From a virus (taxonomy: Duplodnaviria > Caudoviricetes): 40,313 bases of DNA. The DNA is taken from the IMG/VR virus record IMGVR_UViG_3300032243_000724, positions 1 through 40,313 of that record; one strand, written 5' to 3'. Positions 31,745 through 39,766 of the stretch are shown here, piece by piece (position 1 is the stretch's first letter; each line of letters starts with the position of its first letter). The notes beneath the pieces are model-generated. The model was not told where the DNA came from. It saw nothing but the letters and a program-made list of their open reading frames with translations, and made no database searches. The translations under genes and the position numbers were made by a program.

Positions 31745-32561
31745 ACTACTTATTAGTAGTGACTTTTACACAGTACAAGGCGAAGGTATATCATCAGGTA
31801 TTCCATCATACTTTGTTCGTTTAGGTATTTGTAACCTAACCTGTGGTATGAGTAGAGCATTTACTAATCAATTAGAAAAAGAACAAAAGCTAGAAGACGG
31901 AGAAATATTCGAAGGTGACTTAGTTAAAGAAGGTAAAGCAACATGGACTTGTGATTCAACAAGTCAATGGTTATGGAGAGGTGAAGATAAAGAATTCGAT
32001 TATTTAATTAATCGTTGGAAAGAAGAAGGAGTATATGAAGATATTAAAAATGGTTTAGTTCATATTATTTGGACTGGTGGTGAACCAACAATTAAAGGAC
32101 ACCAAGAAGCTATTGTTAATTTTACTAATCATTGGATGTCAAGGTATCTTGATAGAAATGATGTTCATCCATTCTATGAAATTGAAACTAACGGTACTAT
32201 AGTAATAGATGTTAAGTTATTTAATATGTTAGATCAAATCAACTGCTCACCTAAATTATCTAATTCAGGTATGACAGCTAAACAACGTATTGTACCAGAG
32301 GCAATTGAGCGTATTAAACAACACAAAAACTATCAATTTAAGTTCGTTATCAGCACCGAAGATGATGTATTGGAATTATTCCGTGACTTCGTAGAACCAT
32401 TTAATATACCTCTTAAAAACGTTGTTTGTATGCCAGGTTTAGATGATGCTTCTGATTTTGAAGAGCGTACTAGATTCTGTCTTGAAATGGCTAAAAAATA
32501 TAGATTTAGAGGATTAACTAGATTACATATTGCTGCTTGGAATAAAACATTAAACGTATAA
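31716..32561 (+). CDS. queE: 7-carboxy-7-deazaguanine synthase (radical SAM); start may be 31722
   Basis: FYTVQGEG...G.P..FVRL..CNL.C, WTGGEP, EIETNGT, NCSPKL, FKFV, MP, RLHI..W. Confidence 0.92.
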   Translation: MKMSKINPNKLLISSDFYTVQGEGISSGIPSYFVRLGICNLTCGMSRAFTNQLEKEQKLEDGEIFEGDLVKEGKATWTCDSTSQWLWRGEDKEFDYLINRWKEEGVYEDIKNGLVHIIWTGGEPTIKGHQEAIVNFTNHWMSRYLDRNDVHPFYEIETNGTIVIDVKLFNMLDQINCSPKLSNSGMTAKQRIVPEAIERIKQHKNYQFKFVISTEDDVLELFRDFVEPFNIPLKNVVCMPGLDDASDFEERTRFCLEMAKKYRFRGLTRLHIAAWNKTLNV

Positions 32562-32564
32562 TAT

Positions 32565-32915
32565 ATGATACCTTTCATTTGTAAGTACTGTGGTAAAGAT
32601 ACCTCAGAAGTAGATTATGATTATTTAAATGGCTTTGACCATTTAGCCTGTGCTTTAGAAGCAGATAATAAAGCTCATGCTGATGACTATGATCACTGTG
32701 TATTATGTGGAGTAGAAACAGCATATAAACGCTCTACTCACATTGATATGAGACATGGCTATATTGAAGGTGCAGGACAATTATGTCCTAATTGCTACAA
32801 TAGAGGAACAGAACACGGAGCTATAGCAGTAGACTATAACACCATTCTAGGAACTCCTAACGATCAAGAGTTGGGAGCCAAAGTAAGGAAATTATATTGG
32901 GAACGTAAAAACTAA
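32565..32915 (+). CDS. Hypothetical Cys/His-rich protein with two putative Zn modules
   Basis: CKYC...HLAC and CVLC...YIEGAGQLCPNC. Confidence 0.65.
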   Translation: MIPFICKYCGKDTSEVDYDYLNGFDHLACALEADNKAHADDYDHCVLCGVETAYKRSTHIDMRHGYIEGAGQLCPNCYNRGTEHGAIAVDYNTILGTPNDQELGAKVRKLYWERKN

Positions 32916-32920
32916 ACAAA

Positions 32921-33553
32921 ATGAATTTATTAGGAAAATCAAATGGCAATTTGCCTCGTACACAAGAAGAAATAAATAGCATGATTGAAGAGGCTGCTAT
33001 CCATTATGGTAATTTTTTAAATGCTGTTGGTTTTGATTATAAAGCTGATAGACAAACAGTCGACACTCCTATGCGTGTCTCAAAAGCTTGGCTTAAAGAT
33101 CTTATTGTAGGATCAGTTAGTGATGAACCAAATATTACAGTATTTCCTAATGATGAAGGTTATGATGGATTAGTAATTCAATCAGGTATTCCTATTGTTA
33201 GTATGTGTGCTCATCACAATTTAGCATTTACAGGTTACGCTACAGTAGCATATGTTCCTGCTGAAAACGTTATTGGTTTAAGTAAATTAAATCGTATCGT
33301 TGAATGGTTTGGACGTAGACCACAAATGCAAGAATCATTAACAACACAAATTCATGATTACATTGCTGAAAAAATGATATGTAATTCAGTAGCAGTTAGT
33401 ATTGCTTGTAAACATACTTGTTGTTCACATAGAGGTATTAAACATGGCTCTGTAATGACTACAAATAAATTTAGTGGTGTGTTTATGGAGAAAGATAATT
33501 TAATTAGAGAAGAATTTTTACATGCAATTGAAGTAAACGGAACAAAATTCTAA
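32921..33553 (+). CDS. folE: GTP cyclohydrolase I
   Basis: DTP.RV.K, SMCAHH..F.G, GLSKLNRIV..F.RRPQMQE.LT.QI, H.C...RGI. Confidence 0.95.
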   Translation: MNLLGKSNGNLPRTQEEINSMIEEAAIHYGNFLNAVGFDYKADRQTVDTPMRVSKAWLKDLIVGSVSDEPNITVFPNDEGYDGLVIQSGIPIVSMCAHHNLAFTGYATVAYVPAENVIGLSKLNRIVEWFGRRPQMQESLTTQIHDYIAEKMICNSVAVSIACKHTCCSHRGIKHGSVMTTNKFSGVFMEKDNLIREEFLHAIEVNGTKF

Positions 33554-33554
33554 T

Positions 33555-33716
33555 ATGCAACCTAAAGAAGCACATACAAATTGGCATTTCTGGATTAGTT
33601 TAGTTAAATCTGGATTTAGATTTGGAGCAGGATTTGCTCTAATATTTGGTAAATTACCATTAGCTGGTGCTTTATTAATTATAGCTGAAGTATTAGGAAT
33701 TGCTGAAGAAATGTAA
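33555..33716 (+). CDS. Unlisted 53-aa membrane protein
   Basis: Translated by hand: MQPKEAHTNWHFWISLVKSGFRFGAGFALIFGKLPLAGALLIIAEVLGIAEEM*. It fills the folE-iscU gap and starts 1 nt after the folE stop. Confidence 0.75.
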   Translation: MQPKEAHTNWHFWISLVKSGFRFGAGFALIFGKLPLAGALLIIAEVLGIAEEM

Positions 33717-33727
33717 TATTTATATAT

Positions 33728-34138
33728 ATGGCATACTCAGATAAAGTGTTGGATCACTACTCAAATCCAAAAAATGTAGGCACTTTAGATAAATCTAAAG
33801 CAAATGTTGGTACTGGATTAGTCGGAGCTCCGGAATGTGGAGATGTAATGCGTTTACAAATAGAAGTAGAAAATAATATAATTATTGATGCTAAATTCAA
33901 AACATTTGGATGTGGCTCAGCAATTGCATCTTCTTCAGTAGCTACTGAATGGTTAAAAGGTAAATCATTAGATGAAGCCGTTACTATAGATAATATGGAT
34001 TTAGTAGAGGAATTAAATTTACCTCCAGTTAAAATTCACTGTTCTGTTTTAGCAGAAGACGCTATTAAAGCAGCCATCAATGATTATAGAGTAAAACAAG
34101 GTTTAGAAGCAATTATATTTGAAGAATCACATATTTAA
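33728..34138 (+). CDS. iscU: Fe-S cluster scaffold protein
   Basis: MAYSDKVLDHY.NP.NVG, GAPECGDVM.LQI, FKTFGCGSAIASSS, LPPVKIHCSVLAEDA. Confidence 0.96.
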   Translation: MAYSDKVLDHYSNPKNVGTLDKSKANVGTGLVGAPECGDVMRLQIEVENNIIIDAKFKTFGCGSAIASSSVATEWLKGKSLDEAVTIDNMDLVEELNLPPVKIHCSVLAEDAIKAAINDYRVKQGLEAIIFEESHI

Positions 34139-34461
34139 TGATTACAGTATCAGAAACAGCAGCAATAAAATTAAATTCACTAATCGAAGAAAGTGGATTT
34201 CAAACTCCATTTGTTAGAGTATCAGTTAAAGGAGGTGGATGTAGTGGATTATCTTATGATTTATCCTTTGATACTGAACAACTCCCATCTGATACATTAT
34301 CAGAAGATAAAGGCGTAAAAATACTTGTAGATATGAAATCTCTATTGTATCTTTACGGCACTGAATTAGAATTTAGTGGTGGATTAAATGGTAAAGGATT
34401 TCAATTTATTAATCCAAATGCTTCACGAACCTGTGGTTGCGGTGAATCATTTGCAGTATAA
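34138..34461 (+). CDS. iscA: A-type Fe-S carrier protein
   Basis: GGGCSGLSY, F.NPNA..TCGCGESF. Confidence 0.94.
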   Translation: MITVSETAAIKLNSLIEESGFQTPFVRVSVKGGGCSGLSYDLSFDTEQLPSDTLSEDKGVKILVDMKSLLYLYGTELEFSGGLNGKGFQFINPNASRTCGCGESFAV

Positions 34462-34472
34462 AAAATAAAGTT

Positions 34473-35009
34473 ATGTTAAACGTAAAACAAGTTATAGACG
34501 AAGGTCTATTGTTATTAGAACACACACAAGGCAAACCAGCACAAGTTGGTTATGATTTATCCCTTAAAGCAGTACAAAAAGTAGGCAATAAAATTAGTGG
34601 TGGTGTTTACAACTTATCTAGAGGTGGTAAAGTAGGTAAAGTATTAAAAGACAAAACACAGTTAACTACTTATACTCCACTTGACACTATTCAATTAGAT
34701 GGTGATACTGGTTGGTTATTGCACGAAGGTATATATGATGTTACATTTAATGAAGGTTGTAAAATACCTGAAAATCGTGTAGCATTTATTAAACAACGTT
34801 CATCATTATATCGCAATGGTGCTATAATTAATAGTCCTGTATTTGATCCAGGGTTTGAAACTGAATTTATGGGTACATTAGTGTACGTATATGAAACCAT
34901 ATTCATTGAAAAAGATGCTCGAGTAGCGCAAATTTACTTTCATGAGTGTGAGCCTGCTGACAAATATGATGGGCAGTGGCAAAATGATAAGCAAAGAGGT
35001 TCATTATAA
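34473..35009 (+). CDS. dCTP deaminase / trimeric dUTPase family protein
   Basis: GYDLSL, QRSSL.RNG, FDPGF, ARVAQI.F, Y.GQWQ. Confidence 0.82.
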   Translation: MLNVKQVIDEGLLLLEHTQGKPAQVGYDLSLKAVQKVGNKISGGVYNLSRGGKVGKVLKDKTQLTTYTPLDTIQLDGDTGWLLHEGIYDVTFNEGCKIPENRVAFIKQRSSLYRNGAIINSPVFDPGFETEFMGTLVYVYETIFIEKDARVAQIYFHECEPADKYDGQWQNDKQRGSL

Positions 35010-35011
35010 TA

Positions 35012-35043
35012 AGTGGGAGTCAAAATCTCCCACCTTATATTTA
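35012..35043 (+). promoter_or_regulatory. Promoter-like element with an internal palindrome upstream of the DNA polymerase B gene
   Basis: AGTG - 20 nt - TATATTTA (35036-35043); GTGGGAG-tcaaaat-CTCCCAC at 35013-35033. Confidence 0.5.
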
Positions 35044-35047
35044 CGTT

Positions 35048-37618
35048 ATGTATCAAGCAATATACTACGATAGGTCTACCTATACATTTAACCTTAGAGA
35101 CGACAAAACGGGATGGAGTGAATTTAAATACCACCGCCCTCGCTTTAAGATAGATCCTAATGGTCAATATCCAACACTAGATGGTAAACGAGCTAACGCC
35201 GTAACCAAATATGATTGGAAGGATAATTCATTATATGAATCTGATTTAGATGCTTATACCGCTGTATTAATTGACAAGTATAAAGATACAGACGATACGG
35301 CTGAATGGCAGAATATAATTTACTTTGATATTGAGTGTGAAATTGCAGGCGCATTAACACCTGAGCTCATTAAGAATGCTCCTACTAAAATTACCTCTAT
35401 AGCTGTTTATGATAATAATACTCAAAAGTATTACTGCTTAATCTTAGATGAAGCTAAACAATTAGAAACTATTAATGAGGAAAATAGAGCTGTAATTCCA
35501 TTCGCTCATGAGCATGACTTACTACACGCATTCCTTAATTTATGGGAAGAATTAGACCCAACTATTATTACAGGATGGAATACTGAATACTTTGACGTTC
35601 CATTCCTATATTATAGAATAGAAAATCAATTAGGTACTACTGAGGCATCTCGTTTATCTCCTCTTCGTAAAGTAAAATTTGGAACATATACACATGATGC
35701 TCCTGTAGAATTAGCTGGGTTAAACCATTTAGATTATATGTTATTATTTAAAAAATATAATCCTAAAAACGAACCATCTTACAAATTAGGAGATATAGGA
35801 GAAAAATATGTTAATTTAGGTAAAATAGAATATGAAGGTAATCTTGATAGATTATTTACTGAAGATGTAAATAAATTTATTGAATATAATATTCGTGACG
35901 TTGAAATATTAATTGAATTAGAAAAGAAATTCAAATTTATAGAATTAACAATTACTATCTGTCACTTATGTCATGTGCCTTATGAACAAATCTATCTATC
36001 TACAGCATTAAATGATGGCGCTATATTGACATATCTAAAACGCCAGGGTATAGTTTCACCAAATAAACCTACCACTACTCGACCTGCATTATATGACATA
36101 AAAGAAGAATACGCAGGTGGGTACTTAAAAGATCCGGTACCTGGACTTTATGAATGGGTTATTGATTTAGACTTTACGTCGTTGTATCCGTCCATTATAC
36201 GCTCGCTTAATATTGGAATTGAGACATATATTGGCCGAATAATGAATGATGGTAAGTACGATAATAATTGGACATTAGATGACCTTAAAGGAATGAACCA
36301 TGAACAATTGATTACTATTGAGCGTCTACGCGACGATAAAACTACTAATCAAACACAAGCCACTGTAGGTCAAATTATTGATTATATTGAACAAGGAGGA
36401 ATGATGATAGCGGCATCAGGTGCTATCTTTAGAACTGATAAGCCATCTGTAGTTTGTGAAGTATTAACTGATTGGTTCAATAAACGTGTTGAGTATAAAA
36501 ACCTAATGAAGAAAGCCTATAAAGCAGGTGATGCTGTTAAAGGCGAATTCTATAATAGACGACAACACGCTTACAAAATTAAATTAAATGACGTTTATGG
36601 TTGCTATGCTATTAATGGTTGGCGCTATACAGATGGTCATAAAATCATATCTAAAGCAATTACATTAACAGGACAACGTGTTACTCAGGAATCTATTAAG
36701 TTTATAAATTTATGGATGAATGAACAATTAAGTACTACAGATAAAGATTATGTTATTACTTCAGATACCGATTCATTATTCATTCAAGTTAAGGATTTAG
36801 TATTACAACGTTATCCTGAAACTAAAACTAAAGATGAATATATTAAAGCTGTATTAGAAATTGCTACTGAGGTACAAAAACATGCTAACGCTAATATTAA
36901 TCGAGTAGCTAGAGAGAACTTCAATATTAAAGGCGATCACTACTTTGAATTAAAACAAGAAGTGGTTATTGAAAGGGGTTACTTTGCAGGTAAAAGACGT
37001 TATGCAATGTACATTGTAAATAAGGAAGGTGTTACTGTTGATGAAATGGTAATGATGGGTCTTGATCTAATGAAATCAAATATGACTCCAATGTATCGTA
37101 AATTTGGAGAGGAATTATTACAACAAATAATGTTTGGTACTGATAAAAAGGAAATAGATAAACGTATACTTGACTTTAAAAAATATGTTAAAGATTTACC
37201 TATTGAGGATATAGCTAAACCCACTGGAGTAAAGCAAGTAGCATCCTATATTGAACGTAAGCCTGGTATTGGTGAAATATTTAGTACATTAAAATTAAAA
37301 TGCCCTATCAATACTAAAGCAGCAGTATGGTATAATGATTTACTACGCTTTAAAAAATTAGATAAAAAATATCCATGCTTTAGAGAGGGTGATAAAATGA
37401 AATATATTCAATTAAAGGATAATCCATTTAGGATTGATGTAATAGGTTTAACAGGTAACGATCCTGAATTTATAAATGAATTTATTGAAAAATATGCTGA
37501 TAGAGAGCAGGGATTCGAATCATCACTAATGAATAAATTAGTAGGTATTTATGATGATCTTGGGTGGGCGTTTCCTAGTATGCATGAGAAGGCAGGTAAG
37601 TTTTTTAAATTTGATTAA
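35048..37618 (+). CDS. Family B DNA polymerase (T4 gp43-like)
   Basis: Exonuclease motifs FDIE, GWNTEYFD, YNIRDV; polymerase motifs DLDFTSLYPSII, K..LN..YG, SDTDS, KRRY. Confidence 0.95.
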   Translation: MYQAIYYDRSTYTFNLRDDKTGWSEFKYHRPRFKIDPNGQYPTLDGKRANAVTKYDWKDNSLYESDLDAYTAVLIDKYKDTDDTAEWQNIIYFDIECEIAGALTPELIKNAPTKITSIAVYDNNTQKYYCLILDEAKQLETINEENRAVIPFAHEHDLLHAFLNLWEELDPTIITGWNTEYFDVPFLYYRIENQLGTTEASRLSPLRKVKFGTYTHDAPVELAGLNHLDYMLLFKKYNPKNEPSYKLGDIGEKYVNLGKIEYEGNLDRLFTEDVNKFIEYNIRDVEILIELEKKFKFIELTITICHLCHVPYEQIYLSTALNDGAILTYLKRQGIVSPNKPTTTRPALYDIKEEYAGGYLKDPVPGLYEWVIDLDFTSLYPSIIRSLNIGIETYIGRIMNDGKYDNNWTLDDLKGMNHEQLITIERLRDDKTTNQTQATVGQIIDYIEQGGMMIAASGAIFRTDKPSVVCEVLTDWFNKRVEYKNLMKKAYKAGDAVKGEFYNRRQHAYKIKLNDVYGCYAINGWRYTDGHKIISKAITLTGQRVTQESIKFINLWMNEQLSTTDKDYVITSDTDSLFIQVKDLVLQRYPETKTKDEYIKAVLEIATEVQKHANANINRVARENFNIKGDHYFELKQEVVIERGYFAGKRRYAMYIVNKEGVTVDEMVMMGLDLMKSNMTPMYRKFGEELLQQIMFGTDKKEIDKRILDFKKYVKDLPIEDIAKPTGVKQVASYIERKPGIGEIFSTLKLKCPINTKAAVWYNDLLRFKKLDKKYPCFREGDKMKYIQLKDNPFRIDVIGLTGNDPEFINEFIEKYADREQGFESSLMNKLVGIYDDLGWAFPSMHEKAGKFFKFD

Positions 37619-37641
37619 TCAAAATAAAGGTTATATATTCA
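37610..37641 (+). promoter_or_regulatory. Bacteroidota-type promoter-like element
   Basis: TTTG (37610-37613) - 20 nt - TATATTCA (37634-37641); ATG 4 nt later. Confidence 0.6.
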
Positions 37642-37645
37642 CGTT

Positions 37646-37984
37646 ATGGAAATAATTTATGGAATTATGTATGGCTTATTAGGACAAATAGGTTCATACA
37701 TGCAGTTACAAGGCGCAATGAAATTGGGTTGGTACCCAAAATATTTTTGGCCAATGATGGTATTAAGCATACCTTTAAGTTTAGCATACGTTAAGTCTGT
37801 TGAACATTTTATATTAGCATTTAATGGTGAGATATGGCCTAGTCGTTTAATTGGATTTGGTTTAGGAATAACTGTATTTAGTTTATTAAGTCATTATTTC
37901 TTTAAAGAACCATTTACCTTAAAAACATTAGTGTGTATAGGATTAGGAATATCAATTATATTAATACAAATACTTTGGAAATAA
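37646..37984 (+). CDS. Small four-TM membrane protein (SMR/DMT-like)
   Basis: 112 aa with four hydrophobic segments; F.LLS..FFKE..TLK.LV.I.L C-terminal pattern. Confidence 0.6.
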   Translation: MEIIYGIMYGLLGQIGSYMQLQGAMKLGWYPKYFWPMMVLSIPLSLAYVKSVEHFILAFNGEIWPSRLIGFGLGITVFSLLSHYFFKEPFTLKTLVCIGLGISIILIQILWK

Positions 37985-37985
37985 T

Positions 37986-38708
37986 ATGGAAAAACAATCA
38001 TTAGTATCAATCATAGACAAGTACTACCTAAATGGTATAGGCGAAAAAGTAAAATGGACAATTAAAGACAATACTGTTACAATTAAAACATTCTCACCAA
38101 CTAAGGATATGGTAGGGGTAGTTACTGCTCCATTTGAATTTCCAGATAGTGAATTTGTAATATTCGATACATCTAAATTTTTAAAGCTTGTCGGTATATG
38201 CAACCAATTCCTTACTATGGATATACAACTTGAAGGTAAAATTGCAACTAAACTACTATTAGCCGACAGCGAATATAACTTAGAGTACGCATTAGCAAAC
38301 TTAATGTTAGCACCGAACGTTAACTTTACAGTTAATGACTTTGAAAGCGACTATGAATTTGATATTGATACCGAATTAATTAACAATTGGATTAAAGCTA
38401 AAAAAGCATTAAATTCGGACACAACAATATTAAAAGCATACACAAACGAGGATAGTGAGCATAAAGTAAACTTTACACTAGGCGAACCCGAAGGCCATTC
38501 AAATAAAATACAATTTGAAATACCAATATCAAGTTTAGTAGTAGATTCTACCACATTAAAATTTAATGCAGATTATTTAAAAGCTATATTTGATGCTAAC
38601 TACAATGCTACAGGTAAAGCCTATGTTTCAAATGATGGTGCTATGAAATTAGAGTTTGAGAATGAAGAAAAGCAAAAATCCTCTTATATAATTCTTGCGA
38701 GAATATAA
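37986..38708 (+). CDS. Putative sliding clamp (gp45/PCNA-like)
   Basis: 240-aa acidic alpha/beta protein near PolB; F.IFD...F, FN.DYLK.I, VS.DG.M.L.F. Confidence 0.65.
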   Translation: MEKQSLVSIIDKYYLNGIGEKVKWTIKDNTVTIKTFSPTKDMVGVVTAPFEFPDSEFVIFDTSKFLKLVGICNQFLTMDIQLEGKIATKLLLADSEYNLEYALANLMLAPNVNFTVNDFESDYEFDIDTELINNWIKAKKALNSDTTILKAYTNEDSEHKVNFTLGEPEGHSNKIQFEIPISSLVVDSTTLKFNADYLKAIFDANYNATGKAYVSNDGAMKLEFENEEKQKSSYIILARI

Positions 38709-38729
38709 CTTTGTATATATTTATATTTG

Positions 38730-39437
38730 AGATACGACAGGTCTCAAATTATTTTAAACCGCATACCTTAGGGGTGCACAAAAACAAAAAACATGAACAA
38801 TAGCAACAGCGTGTTCGTAGTTACCGATGGCCTATCATTAACAAATGGCACTTCAGGAACAGCAACGTACACAACAGGATTATCAACATTTACTACATCT
38901 CCATTATTATTTAGTTCTAGTGGAACCGTAGGAATAGGAACAACAACACCGTCTACTAGATTAGACATTTACCCCCCAACTTACAACGACTTTTGGAAAT
39001 TTGATGAAGAATTTGATCTTCTATGGAAATCATTCTTCGATCCAAATGCACTTTACAGACCAATTAAAGAAAAAGCAGTATCTCACCCTTGCGATATCCA
39101 AGAAACGGATAATGGCTTGTGTATTGAGATTGCAGCAGTTGGTCTAGATAAGGAAGAACTTAACATTATAGTTGATTCAGAAACACTTCGTGTTGCATAT
39201 CGCAAACCAATAAGTGAAGAAGAAGAAGAACAAAATGAATATAGATACTTCCAACGTTCAATTAAAAAAGCAAGTTTTGATATCGCTTGGAAAATTTCAA
39301 GCAAATTTGATTTGTCCAAATTAGAGGCCAAATTAGATAAAGGTTTATTAACTTTAGACATACCATTTGCTAAAGAAAATAAACCTAAAAAAGTTACGAT
39401 TAAATAAGTTTTGAAAGCAAGAGACCTGTCCGTATCT
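38730..39437. repeat. Long-range inverted repeat flanking the Hsp20 gene
   Basis: AGATACGACAGGTCTC (38730-38745) pairs with GAGACCTGTCCGTATCT (39421-39437): 16 bp with one bulged C. Confidence 0.8.
38793..39407 (+). CDS. Small heat-shock protein (Hsp20/alpha-crystallin) with Ser/Thr-rich N-terminal extension
   Basis: P.DI.ET..G..IEIAA.GL.KEEL.I, R.I...SF, AKLDKGLL..DIP, KPKKV.IK. Confidence 0.88.
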   Translation: MNNSNSVFVVTDGLSLTNGTSGTATYTTGLSTFTTSPLLFSSSGTVGIGTTTPSTRLDIYPPTYNDFWKFDEEFDLLWKSFFDPNALYRPIKEKAVSHPCDIQETDNGLCIEIAAVGLDKEELNIIVDSETLRVAYRKPISEEEEEQNEYRYFQRSIKKASFDIAWKISSKFDLSKLEAKLDKGLLTLDIPFAKENKPKKVTIK

Positions 39438-39460
39438 TACTAAAGTAAAAAATAACAAAA

Positions 39461-39766
39461 ATGAAAATAATACCGTTACACAACAACGTTGTGCTTAAAC
39501 AGACTGACAACACAGAAGAGATGTATGGAAACATCTTAATACCTGATATGGGTAAAGAAAAACCATTAATGGGTGAAATCGTAGCTATCGGAAGTGGTAG
39601 AACCACTGAAACAGGTGCCTTTGTAAAAACAACTTTAGAAGTTGGTTTAACAGTAGTATTTCCTGCGTTTGGAGGCATTAGAATGTCCGTAGACAGCGAT
39701 GAATACGTTGTATGTAAAGAAACAGATTTAATTGCAATTATAGAAAAAACAACAGAAAATGAGTAA
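39461..39766 (+). CDS. groES: Co-chaperonin GroES
   Basis: PLHNNVV, ILIPD..KEKP..GEIVAIG.G, V.FP.FGG, E.DLIAI. Confidence 0.92.
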   Translation: MKIIPLHNNVVLKQTDNTEEMYGNILIPDMGKEKPLMGEIVAIGSGRTTETGAFVKTTLEVGLTVVFPAFGGIRMSVDSDEYVVCKETDLIAIIEKTTENE

